This document shows, piece by piece, positions 36,692-44,729 of a DNA stretch of 60,460 nucleotides. Made by a program: the position numbers and the translations under genes. Source of the DNA: Eubacteriales bacterium (GTDB lineage Bacteria; Bacillota; Clostridia; Oscillospirales; SIG627). The stretch's first letter is position 1; each line of letters opens with the position of its first letter. Under the pieces are notes generated by a model. That model was not told where the DNA came from, made no database searches, and was given only the letters and a program-made list of their open reading frames with translations. The DNA lies in assembly GCA_045594565.1 (NCBI GenBank), contig JAZNYT010000121.1:1-60460 (forward strand). The letters are read 5' to 3'.

Positions 36692-37655
36692 TAATTTTGA
36701 ATGTTCTCGTTGGTGTTGACTTGTAATAGCCTGTCAAGTCCATCGTAGGATGCTCTTGAGCGAATCTCTTATGGTCGAAGGTGCTACGTATAGAGGATGA
36801 CCAAGTCACCTTAAACTTGTTGCTCTCGCCTCGCCCGACTTCGCCCATAAAAGCTTTGATTCTGTTTGCGATTTCCTCTCGCTGTCCCTTCATATTGTCG
36901 ATAAGCTCTCCAAGGGACATATACTGATGCATATCGTTCTCATATGCCATGAGATTAACTGTGTCACCATTGGATTCGGGATATATTGTGGTGATAGTCT
37001 TGCTCGTAGAATCCGTTCCGTCTGCCATAGGTGGAATATTTGTAAGTACGTGGTCTTCCCAAAAGTGTTCGGATGCCATTGCAAGTGACTCAAGCTCTGC
37101 ATCGTCAACATAAACCGATGCCTCACACCATTCAGGAATAACGTCATCCTTGATTCGTGTCATCTGATATATCTTGATTCCCTTGCCGTATATAAGGACC
37201 GTAAGATACCATCTGTCATACTCTGTAACAAGCAAATACTCGCAACATTGTGCATAGAATCTGTCGGGGAATTCTCCATCCTTGTACTTCTTCGCATTCA
37301 GCTCGGATGTGAGCTTACACTCGACACCTGCCCTCTTCCCGACTACCTTACGGTCTATATTGGCGTGAAGGTGAGGATACTTGCTGTTTCTCCACGTTGC
37401 CTTGTCTACCGACACCTTGAGTCCCGATGCCTCGGTGAATCTCTGTGCTACGTATCCCTCAAGGTCATTGCCGAGTCTCGTCCACTCGTTACCCTCAAAG
37501 GGAGGAAGTTTACCTGTCTTCTCTGCCCATACCGTGTAAGGGGAGGAGTAGGGATTCATACCGAGGATAGCACCCATATCACTACCTCCGAGGCTCTTCT
37601 TTCGTTCTTCGAGCCATTCTTCGTGAGTATTTGTTTTAACCTTCTTTATTGACAT
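36681..37655 (-). CDS. YqaJ-like exonuclease
   Basis: LGGSD, HANIDR, VECK, YAQC. Confidence 0.9.
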   Translation of the reverse strand: MSIKKVKTNTHEEWLEERKKSLGGSDMGAILGMNPYSSPYTVWAEKTGKLPPFEGNEWTRLGNDLEGYVAQRFTEASGLKVSVDKATWRNSKYPHLHANIDRKVVGKRAGVECKLTSELNAKKYKDGEFPDRFYAQCCEYLLVTEYDRWYLTVLIYGKGIKIYQMTRIKDDVIPEWCEASVYVDDAELESLAMASEHFWEDHVLTNIPPMADGTDSTSKTITTIYPESNGDTVNLMAYENDMHQYMSLGELIDNMKGQREEIANRIKAFMGEVGRGESNKFKVTWSSSIRSTFDHKRFAQEHPTMDLTGYYKSTPTRTFKINER

Positions 37656-37837
37656 TCCGCTTCTCCTTTACTTTTTAACTTAGCCACTTTGCCATTTCGT
37701 CTGTCATAAATTCTCTTGCCATCTTATCTATCCTCCTCATATTCCTTCGTTGCAAGTTCTCCAACATTTGGTTTTGCTACGAGACAACAAGTGCCGAAAA
37801 ATGCGATTAAGGTTAATACTGTTCCCATTGTTTTCTC

Positions 37838-38035
37838 CTAACTCAACCACTTAGCAAGAGCTACAACCGCAACATAATACCTTCCGCCCACTTTTTTTAC
37901 AGGAAAGCTCTTGTCGGCGTGTACCTGCTTGGGTGTACATCCAATATACTCGCATGCTTCTTTCATTGTTATAAGCTCCCTTTTAAAAGTATCCGAAATT
38001 CGCTCTAAATTGTCTCTAAAATCTCTTTTTTCCAT
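37838..38035 (-). CDS. Excisionase-like winged HTH protein
   Basis: LITMKEACEYIG...FPVKKVGGRYYV. Confidence 0.65.
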   Translation of the reverse strand: MEKRDFRDNLERISDTFKRELITMKEACEYIGCTPKQVHADKSFPVKKVGGRYYVAVVALAKWLS

Positions 38036-38235
38036 TATTTTCGCTTCCTTCCGTCACTTTTTTGATGCTTTTGGTACATTGTTAGTTTGTAGTCTTTCTC
38101 GGGATTTTCTTTGGCAAACTCTTTCTTTTTGAGTGCAATTCTTTCTTCGTTTTTGGCATGGTATTCTTTGTACTTCTCACATTCCGAATGACAGTTAAGA
38201 TGCCTAACTTTACAATTAAAACACGGGCTTTTCAT
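38035..38235 (-). CDS. Small Cys/His protein
   Basis: PCFNC..RHLNCHSECEKY. Confidence 0.6.
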   Translation of the reverse strand: MKSPCFNCKVRHLNCHSECEKYKEYHAKNEERIALKKKEFAKENPEKDYKLTMYQKHQKSDGRKRK

Positions 38236-38240
38236 TTCTT

Positions 38241-38357
38241 TTATCCTTTCTCTTTTTCTTTTTTTAGATAGTATGTCTTGAAAACAATAGCTTTAATAAG
38301 CTTTGAAATTCCCAAGCCCGTCATTACTGCTGAAAAGGTTAATAAAAATTCTTTCAT
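38241..38357 (-). CDS. Hydrophobic peptide B2, 38 aa
   Basis: MKEFLLTFSAVMTGLGISKLIKAIVFKTYYLKKEKEKG; paralog of A2. Confidence 0.7.
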   Translation of the reverse strand: MKEFLLTFSAVMTGLGISKLIKAIVFKTYYLKKEKEKG

Positions 38358-38366
38358 AATTACTCC

Positions 38367-38545
38367 TTGATTTTTTATTTTGTTTATGCTAAAATCAAGA
38401 GGAGAGGAAATCTCCCCTTGATTGTGGTTGCGTGGTTACAACCATTTTGCTATCAGGGTAATTATTACCCCGACAACAAGGTCAATCAGTCCACTTATAA
38501 TTAACTCTGTCAAGTTAATTGTGGTCTTGGTTGACCTTTTTTTAT
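38367..38545 (+). ncRNA. Antisense promoter plus predicted antisense RNA over peptide B1
   Basis: TTGATT(38367)-17-TAAAAT(38390); terminal hairpin AAGGTCAATCA...TTGGTTGACCTT plus T-tract. Confidence 0.5.
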
Positions 38546-38552
38546 TGCTCAT
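38436..38552 (-). CDS. Hydrophobic peptide B1, 38 aa (type I toxin-like)
   Basis: AAGGAGGTG RBS; MSNKKRSTKTTINLTELIISGLIDLVVGVIITLIAKWL. Confidence 0.75.
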   Translation of the reverse strand: MSNKKRSTKTTINLTELIISGLIDLVVGVIITLIAKWL

Positions 38553-38574
38553 TTTTACCACCTCCTTTATATTC

Positions 38575-38931
38575 GTGCACTATTTGTGCTCGACGTTCGC
38601 AAAAAAAATGTCCTGAACCGACTTTCCAAAAAAAGATGCTATTTTAATCTTGATTTCATCACGAGGATTTCTTTCTCCTCTTTCGTACATAGCCCAAGAA
38701 GACTTCGTTATTCCTAAACTATTTGCAATTTGTTCCTGTGTTTTGTCCGCTCTCAAATCTCTTAGAATGTTGCTACTCATTTTATCTCTCCTTTCGTGCA
38801 CTATCTGTGCTCTTTATCCACATTATACACACATAGTGCTTGTTTGTCAATAGGTTTTTTGAGTTTTTTTGAAATTTATGCACTTTTTGTGCAAATAATT
38901 GATTGACAAGTACACATTTTGTGTATATAAT
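38575..38931. promoter_or_regulatory. cI/cro switch: divergent promoters and five CAC-N5-GTG operators
   Basis: TTGACA-17-TATAAT on both strands (38850-38822 minus, 38903-38931 plus); operators at about 38577, 38798, 38828, 38880, 38913. Confidence 0.8.
38580..38780 (-). CDS. Cro-like HTH protein
   Basis: TQEQIANSLGITKSSWAMYERG; RBS AAAGGAG before the ATG at 38780. Confidence 0.88.
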   Translation of the reverse strand: MSSNILRDLRADKTQEQIANSLGITKSSWAMYERGERNPRDEIKIKIASFFGKSVQDIFFANVEHK

Positions 38932-38959
38932 ATACTTAAAGATTATGAGGAGTTTTACT

Positions 38960-39280
38960 ATGTCAAAGTTTTCTGAAAGGTTAAAACTTTTAAGAGCTGA
39001 AGCTAATCTTTCTCAATCAGAACTTGCAAAAGTTATCGGTATTTCTAAAAGTAGTATAAATATGTACGAACGAGGAGAAAGAGAACCAGGGCTTGATACT
39101 ATTGAGATAATGGCACACTATTTCAATGTAGATATGAATTACATTATAGGAACAAGTGATATTAAACTTTCGGACTCCTCGCTCGACAATGAATTCTTGC
39201 AAATTCTATCTAACCTCTCTGATGAAGATAAAGAATGGCTCCTCGACGTTATAAAATCTGTTATTGATAAAAGAAAATAA
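38960..39280 (+). CDS. CI-like repressor (no peptidase domain)
   Basis: LSQSELAKVIGISKSSINMYERGEREP; divergent from cro. Confidence 0.88.
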   Translation: MSKFSERLKLLRAEANLSQSELAKVIGISKSSINMYERGEREPGLDTIEIMAHYFNVDMNYIIGTSDIKLSDSSLDNEFLQILSNLSDEDKEWLLDVIKSVIDKRK

Positions 39281-39319
39281 AAAATCCCTCTCTTGCCGAA
39301 GCAAAAGAGGGTGGTACTT

Positions 39320-39709
39320 TTATTTTATACTTATTTTCTGAGTGTCGAAGGTGGGAGCTAAAATTAGGGTACCAAACGGACATAAATTTGTGATTTCGGA
39401 AATTAACAGGGAAACTTTTGATAAAATTGCAGTTAATTTGAATTTATCATTTCTTATCGCTTCAATTAAATTTTCTTTTGAGATATTCTCTTCTGATTCT
39501 ATAATTACTTCATAGCCTATTTTTACAAAAGAGTTTGTGTTTTCGCCAAAAGACAGCTCTCTGTTAAAATTAAAAATTGCTTTATTTGCGTCAATTTCAC
39601 ATATATCAATACTATCAATTACTGCTAAGGAAATTGATTTTATATCAGGTTTTATGAAATTGTATTGGACACTTTTAAGTGTGTGGTTAATTATTCTATA
39701 GTTATTCAT
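39320..39709 (-). CDS. SecB-like chaperone (predicted)
   Basis: Four beta-strand then two-helix pattern ending ISEITNLCPFGTLILAPTF; ATGA-coupled to hicB. Confidence 0.65.
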   Translation of the reverse strand: MNNYRIINHTLKSVQYNFIKPDIKSISLAVIDSIDICEIDANKAIFNFNRELSFGENTNSFVKIGYEVIIESEENISKENLIEAIRNDKFKLTAILSKVSLLISEITNLCPFGTLILAPTFDTQKISIK

Positions 39710-40200
39710 ATTGTTTCTCCTTCGGTGATTAAGTTGAATGTAGTTTTTATATCATCCCACATATATTGATTCAACTGTGCGTTGCATTGTTGTAATTCTA
39801 AACTACTGTCTGCAACCATTTTCAAGTCGTCGATTTTTTTATTGATGTTCATATCAAATGTTTTTGTTCCAATATAATTTTCAATAGCACTAACGAGGAG
39901 TGTATTTATGCTTACTCCTTCAGCATCTGACATTTCGGCGATTTTTCTATGTGTTGACTTTGAAATTCTCAATGCAATTTTTCCGCTATAATCATCTTTG
40001 AAATCTTCATTGGGTATTTTTCTGCACTCATCTTTCAAAAACTCAAGATATATTTCTAAGTTTTCCTGAGCTTCGTTCATGGCTTCTTCGGGAGTATCTC
40101 CGCCACCTATGCAGCCGGGAATAGAGGGGAACGTCGCGGTCCAGTATGCTGTGCCGTCATCTGCTTTTTTCGGAAACACTCTCATTTCATAGTTTTTCAT
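39706..40200 (-). CDS. hicB: HicB antitoxin with ~50-aa C-terminal extension
   Basis: FPSIPGC...GDTPEEA, YSGKIALRI..STHRKIA...EGVSIN (RHH). Confidence 0.9.
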   Translation of the reverse strand: MKNYEMRVFPKKADDGTAYWTATFPSIPGCIGGGDTPEEAMNEAQENLEIYLEFLKDECRKIPNEDFKDDYSGKIALRISKSTHRKIAEMSDAEGVSINTLLVSAIENYIGTKTFDMNINKKIDDLKMVADSSLELQQCNAQLNQYMWDDIKTTFNLITEGETI

Positions 40201-40204
40201 TTTA

Positions 40205-40453
40205 TCACCTTTCTATTTCTTCTATTTTCTCCCTAATCATGTCAATATATGCAGGTTTAACAGGTTTATGCATAGGTATATTAAGCATAATGGTCTCTTC
40301 CTGCGTTGGATACTCATAGATAAAATGACTTCCGGTTGTCCTTTTTAATTTGAATCCGTAATGTCTTAAAAAATTTTGCAACTCATTTGGCTGTATATCT
40401 TTTGCCGTTGGTGTTTTCTTGATTTTTTCCAGCATGTTGTCATATGTTCCCAT
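40205..40453 (-). CDS. hicA: HicA mRNA-interferase toxin
   Basis: GF...TTGSHFIY...IPMHKPVKPAYI. Confidence 0.9.
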   Translation of the reverse strand: MGTYDNMLEKIKKTPTAKDIQPNELQNFLRHYGFKLKRTTGSHFIYEYPTQEETIMLNIPMHKPVKPAYIDMIREKIEEIER

Positions 40454-40478
40454 TATTTTCCCGCTTCACCTCACCTTG

Positions 40479-40529
40479 TGATATCGTATATGATATCATT
40501 ATTATACATAATGCATACAAATTTGTCAA
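40479..40529 (-). promoter_or_regulatory. hicA promoter and operator
   Basis: TTGACA-17-TATAAT; TGATATC-N6-GATATCA palindrome just downstream. Confidence 0.8.
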
Positions 40530-40699
40530 GTCCTCTTGTAAATATAAAAAGCCCTCAGATTTTGTCACCTTCCGATGGTGGAAAGACTACTCTCTGAGAG
40601 CGAATAAACTTTACGCATGTATTTTACACTAAAAACATTTTTTGTCAAGCATAAATACCATTTTGCCGACGTTGGCAAAATGGTAAAAAAGAAAAGAGC

Positions 40700-40816
40700 T
40701 TAACGCCCTTCTCCTTTGTGATTTGCCTTTTGCTCGAGTTTTTTAAGTACTTCTTTTTTCTCACGCTCTGTCAGAGTCTTCCAAAGTGTGAGAATTTGCA
40801 CATCCTGTTTTTTCAC
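40700..40816 (-). CDS. Micro-ORF, 38 aa ([13 protein letters not shown] family)
   Basis: AAGGCGGTG RBS, GTG start: [30 protein letters not shown]... Confidence 0.65.
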   Translation of the reverse strand: MKKQDVQILTLWKTLTEREKKEVLKKLEQKANHKGEGR

Positions 40817-41065
40817 ATTTTCACCGCCTTTATTTTTTTACTTCGCTATATGTTTATTTCTTATAGCCGGTAGAATAAAAGCCTGTCTTGTCTTATATAA
40901 GCAAGACAGGGACGACAAAATTGTTTATTATTCTGTATGTGTACGTTTAATATAACAAGGGTGCAGTGTCGAAAAAACGAACTTCCTGTTATTCAAAGGA
41001 AAAAAATTGAAAATAACATAAAAAAACCTCTTTTACTGTAATGAAAAGAGGGAAAAGGATACATA

Positions 41066-41902
41066 ATGGATAACTTAATAGAATACAGTGAACAGACCTT
41101 TGAAGGTATTAAACACATAAATGAATATGGTGAAGAGTATTGGCTTGCACGAGAATTGCAAGGCGTTCTCGAATATTCCAGATGGGAAAATTTTAACAAA
41201 GCCGTAGAGCGAGCTAAAAAAGCATGTAAAAATACCGGCTTCGATATCCAAGACCATTTTCGTGAAGTCACGAAAATGGTTTCGTTGGGCTCTGGTGCAG
41301 AAAGAGAAATTGACGATGTAATGCTGTCTCGCTACGCATGCTATTTAATCGTAATGAACGGAGACCCAAGCAAAGAAATAATCGCAATAGGGCAAACATA
41401 TTTTGCAGTTAAAACTCGTCAGCAAGAATTGATTGAAAATTATGAGGAGCTGACAGAAGACCAAAAGCGACTTGCTATCCGTAGTGAAATGAAGACACAC
41501 AATAAGTCTTTGGCAGAAGCTGCACACAATGCAGGTGTTAAAGAGCCTATGGATTTTGCAATTTTTCAAAATTATGGATATATGGGTCTTTACGGCGGGC
41601 TGAAGGCTCAGGATATAAAAGAGAAAAAAGGGCTTAAAAAGAGTCATGACATTCTCGATTATATGGGCAGTACAGAGTTGGCGGCGAACCTCTTCCGTGC
41701 TACACAGACCGATGAGAAACTTAGACGAGAGAATATAGTCGGAAAAGAAAAGGCAAATGCAACTCATTATGAAGTTGGTCAAAAGGTAAGAAAGACTATT
41801 AAGGAATTAGGCGGAACAATGCCCGAGGACTTACCCGTTCCCGATAAAAGCATAAAACAAATTGAAAGCGAAGAAAAGCGAAAATTAAAAGAGAGAAAAT
41901 AA
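41066..41902 (+). CDS. dinD: DinD-like DNA-damage-inducible (BRO-N) protein
   Basis: WLARELQ.LEYS.WENF, LSRYACYLI.MNGDP.K, MGSTELAANLFR. Confidence 0.88.
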   Translation: MDNLIEYSEQTFEGIKHINEYGEEYWLARELQGVLEYSRWENFNKAVERAKKACKNTGFDIQDHFREVTKMVSLGSGAEREIDDVMLSRYACYLIVMNGDPSKEIIAIGQTYFAVKTRQQELIENYEELTEDQKRLAIRSEMKTHNKSLAEAAHNAGVKEPMDFAIFQNYGYMGLYGGLKAQDIKEKKGLKKSHDILDYMGSTELAANLFRATQTDEKLRRENIVGKEKANATHYEVGQKVRKTIKELGGTMPEDLPVPDKSIKQIESEEKRKLKERK

Positions 41903-41945
41903 AATTCCTCTCTTGCTGACGCAAAAGAGGAGAAAGGAGAACATT

Positions 41946-42941
41946 ATGACAAGACGCTCTGACGGATTATGGCAAGAGGCTATGACCATAAACGGAAAAA
42001 GAAAATACTTTTATGGCAAAACCAAAGCCGACGTTCTGAAGAAGATAAAAAACTTCGAAGAACAGCAGGAAGGCGGAATACTGTTCTCCGAAGTAGCAGA
42101 GGATTGGTGGGAGGAACATTCCGAAAAGGTAGTTCACTCTACGATGCACGGATATCATGCACGTTTTGTTTATGCTGTTGAAACCTTCAAGGACAGATAC
42201 ATAAAGGATATTACCGCACAGGAAATAGCAAATTTACTTAAAGCCCTGCAGCTTAAAAAGTATTCGCAAAAGGTAATATCCACACAGCTCAACGTTATCA
42301 ATATGATTTTTAATAAAGCAATTATAAACGGAGACATAATGCACAATCCTTGTTCTGCCGTTCAGCTCCCCAAAGGACTCCCTAAGAAAAAAAGAGAGCT
42401 CCCCACCGACATTGATTTTGAAATAGTGGAGAACAGTGATTGGCTACTCCCTTTCTTCCTTCTCTATACCGGCTGCAGACGTGGTGAATCACTTGCAGTA
42501 ACGTATGAGGATATCGACTGGGAGAAGAAAATTATTCACATCAATAAAGCCGTTGGCTTTAAGGAAAATAAACCATACATTAAATCAACAAAAACCGAAG
42601 CAGGTTTCAGAGACGTTGTTCTTCTTGACAAGCTTGCCGAAAGACTTGACAAGTCAAAGACGGGTCTTATCTTCCCAAACAACAAGGGGGAGATGTGGCA
42701 CGACTCAATGCTTACAAGAAAATGGAAGCAGTGGCAAAGAAGAAATAACACGACTGTTACCGCACATCAACTACGACACGGTTACGCTACTATTCTATTT
42801 GAGGCAGGTCTTGAGGCAAAGGATGCACAGTACCTTTTGGGACACAGTACGATAGCAATGACGCAGGATATTTACACTCATATCAGACAAGCGAGACAGA
42901 AAGAATATGCGTCAAAATTGAACGATTTTTTCAACAAATAA
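41946..42941 (+). CDS. Tyrosine integrase
   Basis: TGCRRGE, HQLRH, LGHS..MTQDIYTH. Confidence 0.95.
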   Translation: MTRRSDGLWQEAMTINGKRKYFYGKTKADVLKKIKNFEEQQEGGILFSEVAEDWWEEHSEKVVHSTMHGYHARFVYAVETFKDRYIKDITAQEIANLLKALQLKKYSQKVISTQLNVINMIFNKAIINGDIMHNPCSAVQLPKGLPKKKRELPTDIDFEIVENSDWLLPFFLLYTGCRRGESLAVTYEDIDWEKKIIHINKAVGFKENKPYIKSTKTEAGFRDVVLLDKLAERLDKSKTGLIFPNNKGEMWHDSMLTRKWKQWQRRNNTTVTAHQLRHGYATILFEAGLEAKDAQYLLGHSTIAMTQDIYTHIRQARQKEYASKLNDFFNK

Positions 42942-42994
42942 TGTAAAAATGATGTAGTAGGCTTGATTTAGCCTTATATACGGCATTTTATTGG

Positions 42995-43020
42995 GGGTTC
43001 GAATCCCATCACTCACCCCA
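42995..43020 (+). other. att core at the phage-host junction (attR-type)
   Basis: Same tRNA 3' fragment as 103-128, followed by host terminator; T-stem not fully paired, so not a full tRNA. Confidence 0.85.
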
Positions 43021-43021
43021 G

Positions 43022-43062
43022 AAAAGAACTCACATTTGTCTACGACAAGTGTGGGTTCTTTT
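43022..43062 (+). terminator. Host tRNA terminator
   Basis: AAAAGAACTCACATTTGTC/GACAAGTGTGGGTTCTTTT. Confidence 0.75.
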
Positions 43063-43067
43063 CAACT

Positions 43068-43229
43068 AAATCCGTCCTTACAGACGGAATAAATCCCACT
43101 GCGGTGGGATGAAATCACTCCGTGATGAAATCCGACTTTGTCGGGAGATAAGGACGGATTTAATTTCATCTGCAAAGCAGATTTCATCCGAACGGAGTGA
43201 GGATTTCATCGCGCTCGCGCGATTTCATT
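43068..43229. repeat. Nested palindromic repeat element (ATGAAATC/GATTTCAT cores)
   Basis: Four AAATC-hairpin units, then three to four ATTTCATC-hairpin units. Confidence 0.75.
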
Positions 43230-43277
43230 GAAAAGTTTGCAACTGTGTGGTACAATCGGAGTAAATGATGTGATAGT

Positions 43278-43628
43278 ATGGCTGAAAATAAACTTGCTGA
43301 TATTTCAACAGAATTTGCAATTCAAATATTAAAACTGACAGATGATATAAAAGGACATTATTCTTTGTCAAACCAGCTTGAACGAAGTGGTACAAGTATT
43401 GGAGCGAATATCCGCGAGGCACAGTACGCACAAGGAAAAAAGGATTTTATATCAAAACTCGAAATCGCATTAAAGGAAGCAAGTGAAACAAGATATTGGC
43501 TTGAACTGTTATATAGAACAAAATATATTGACGAACCTTCCTTTAAATCGCTTTCTTCCAAATGCGGTTCGCTCAGGGTAATGATTATTTCTTCTTGTAA
43601 AACTGCAAAACAGAATTTAGAAAAATAA
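43278..43628 (+). CDS. Four-helix bundle protein (23S IVS protein/Avd-like)
   Basis: QLERSGTSIGANIREA, FISKLEIALKEASETRYWL. Confidence 0.9.
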   Translation: MAENKLADISTEFAIQILKLTDDIKGHYSLSNQLERSGTSIGANIREAQYAQGKKDFISKLEIALKEASETRYWLELLYRTKYIDEPSFKSLSSKCGSLRVMIISSCKTAKQNLEK

Positions 43629-43640
43629 GAATTTGTAGGG

Positions 43641-44240
43641 TTGAGATATATGAAAATATTATGGAGTATTATTCTTTTGGTAGATTGCTTGCTACCGTTG
43701 ATGCTTGCACATTTTTATCCTAAATATAAACATAAAGAAATGGCTCTTTCCGTTCTTGGTTCGCGTCAAAGTCCTGTGAAATGGATATACAACATTTGGT
43801 GCATCGTATCGGGTATTGTTTTCTGCATTTCTCCGTATGCATTGTATCGGGAAAATAATTGCTGTTTATCAATAATAATATGGATTTTGCTTGCAATATA
43901 CGGAATTGGTTGTGAAATCATATCAGGGTTATGTCCGTTAAATGAAAGTAGGCAAGACGAAGATGTTATTACGAAAATTCACGGTGGAGCTTCTGCTATC
44001 GGATTTATAACATTACTCATTGTGCCGTTGCTTTTGGCAATAATGCAGTTTCAAACTTCAAATATAATTGTAGGAGTAATCTCACTCGTAAGTTTTATTG
44101 CTTCCTTTATATTTTTTTGTTTTTTCATTATGGGCGAGAAAGAAAAGTTCGTAAATACTGTTTTGAGATACGGCGGTCTTTGGCAACGGCTTGTTTTATT
44201 AAGTTGCTACATACCGTTGCTCGCTTGGTGTATTATATAA
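43641..44240 (+). CDS. DUF998-like membrane protein
   Basis: Five TM helices, SVLG...SP, IHG, GLWQRL. Confidence 0.75.
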   Translation: MRYMKILWSIILLVDCLLPLMLAHFYPKYKHKEMALSVLGSRQSPVKWIYNIWCIVSGIVFCISPYALYRENNCCLSIIIWILLAIYGIGCEIISGLCPLNESRQDEDVITKIHGGASAIGFITLLIVPLLLAIMQFQTSNIIVGVISLVSFIASFIFFCFFIMGEKEKFVNTVLRYGGLWQRLVLLSCYIPLLAWCII

Positions 44241-44371
44241 TAAATTCCAATTTGTTAAGTATCAAACCGGTGTACTTTTCTTCGGACTTAACTACATATA
44301 TTTACAATTTAGTCGGAATTAGACAAAAAATCCAAGTCGTGAGACTTGGTATTTTTTTATCCATCGCGAAG

Positions 44372-44535
44372 CGGTGGTGTATCATCACCGAAGGTGCATA
44401 TCATCACGCTTAAACGTGTATCTCATCACCTTTAGGCTGTATCAAGCTTCCCGATGATGATATACAAGACTCCGTCTTGACGATATACAATTCCTTTCGA
44501 AATTGATGATATACACGTCTTACGGCGTGATTTGT
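44372..44535. repeat. Second nested palindromic repeat element (TATCATCA/TGATGATATA cores)
   Basis: Same two-half architecture as 43068-43229 with a different core. Confidence 0.7.
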
Positions 44536-44729
44536 TAGAGGACAGACGACGTTCAAAAAACAGGTCAGTAGACCTGTTTTTTTGTTTCTGTAGATAAAAT
44601 GGAGGGGACTCGAAGCCGTCCCTTTATAAGAATCTCAAAGACACAGTCGCGAAGTCGGCTGTGTTTTTAGCACGCTATGTAATGAAAAATTGTTGTAATC
44701 TATTTACTTTTTATAAAAAAGTGATATAA

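Larger units (their letters stand above)
103..43020. mobile_element. Temperate myovirus-type prophage, ~42.9 kb
   Basis: Integrase, cI/cro switch, recombination/replication, terminase, portal, capsid, contractile tail, lysis genes, bounded by att cores. Confidence 0.97.

Noticed and set aside
2377-38780. Stop-codon reassignment in the phage
   Set aside because: Genes are full length under the standard code; the interruptions seen are explained by the intron, the chaperone frameshift and one indel.
43278-43628. Diversity-generating retroelement (Avd-like gene next to a phage)
   Set aside because: No reverse transcriptase and no TR/VR pair with adenine-specific mismatches seen in the window.
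43068-44535. CRISPR array
   Set aside because: Units are short cores with self-complementary inserts and switch orientation midway; no constant repeat with unique spacers; no cas genes.
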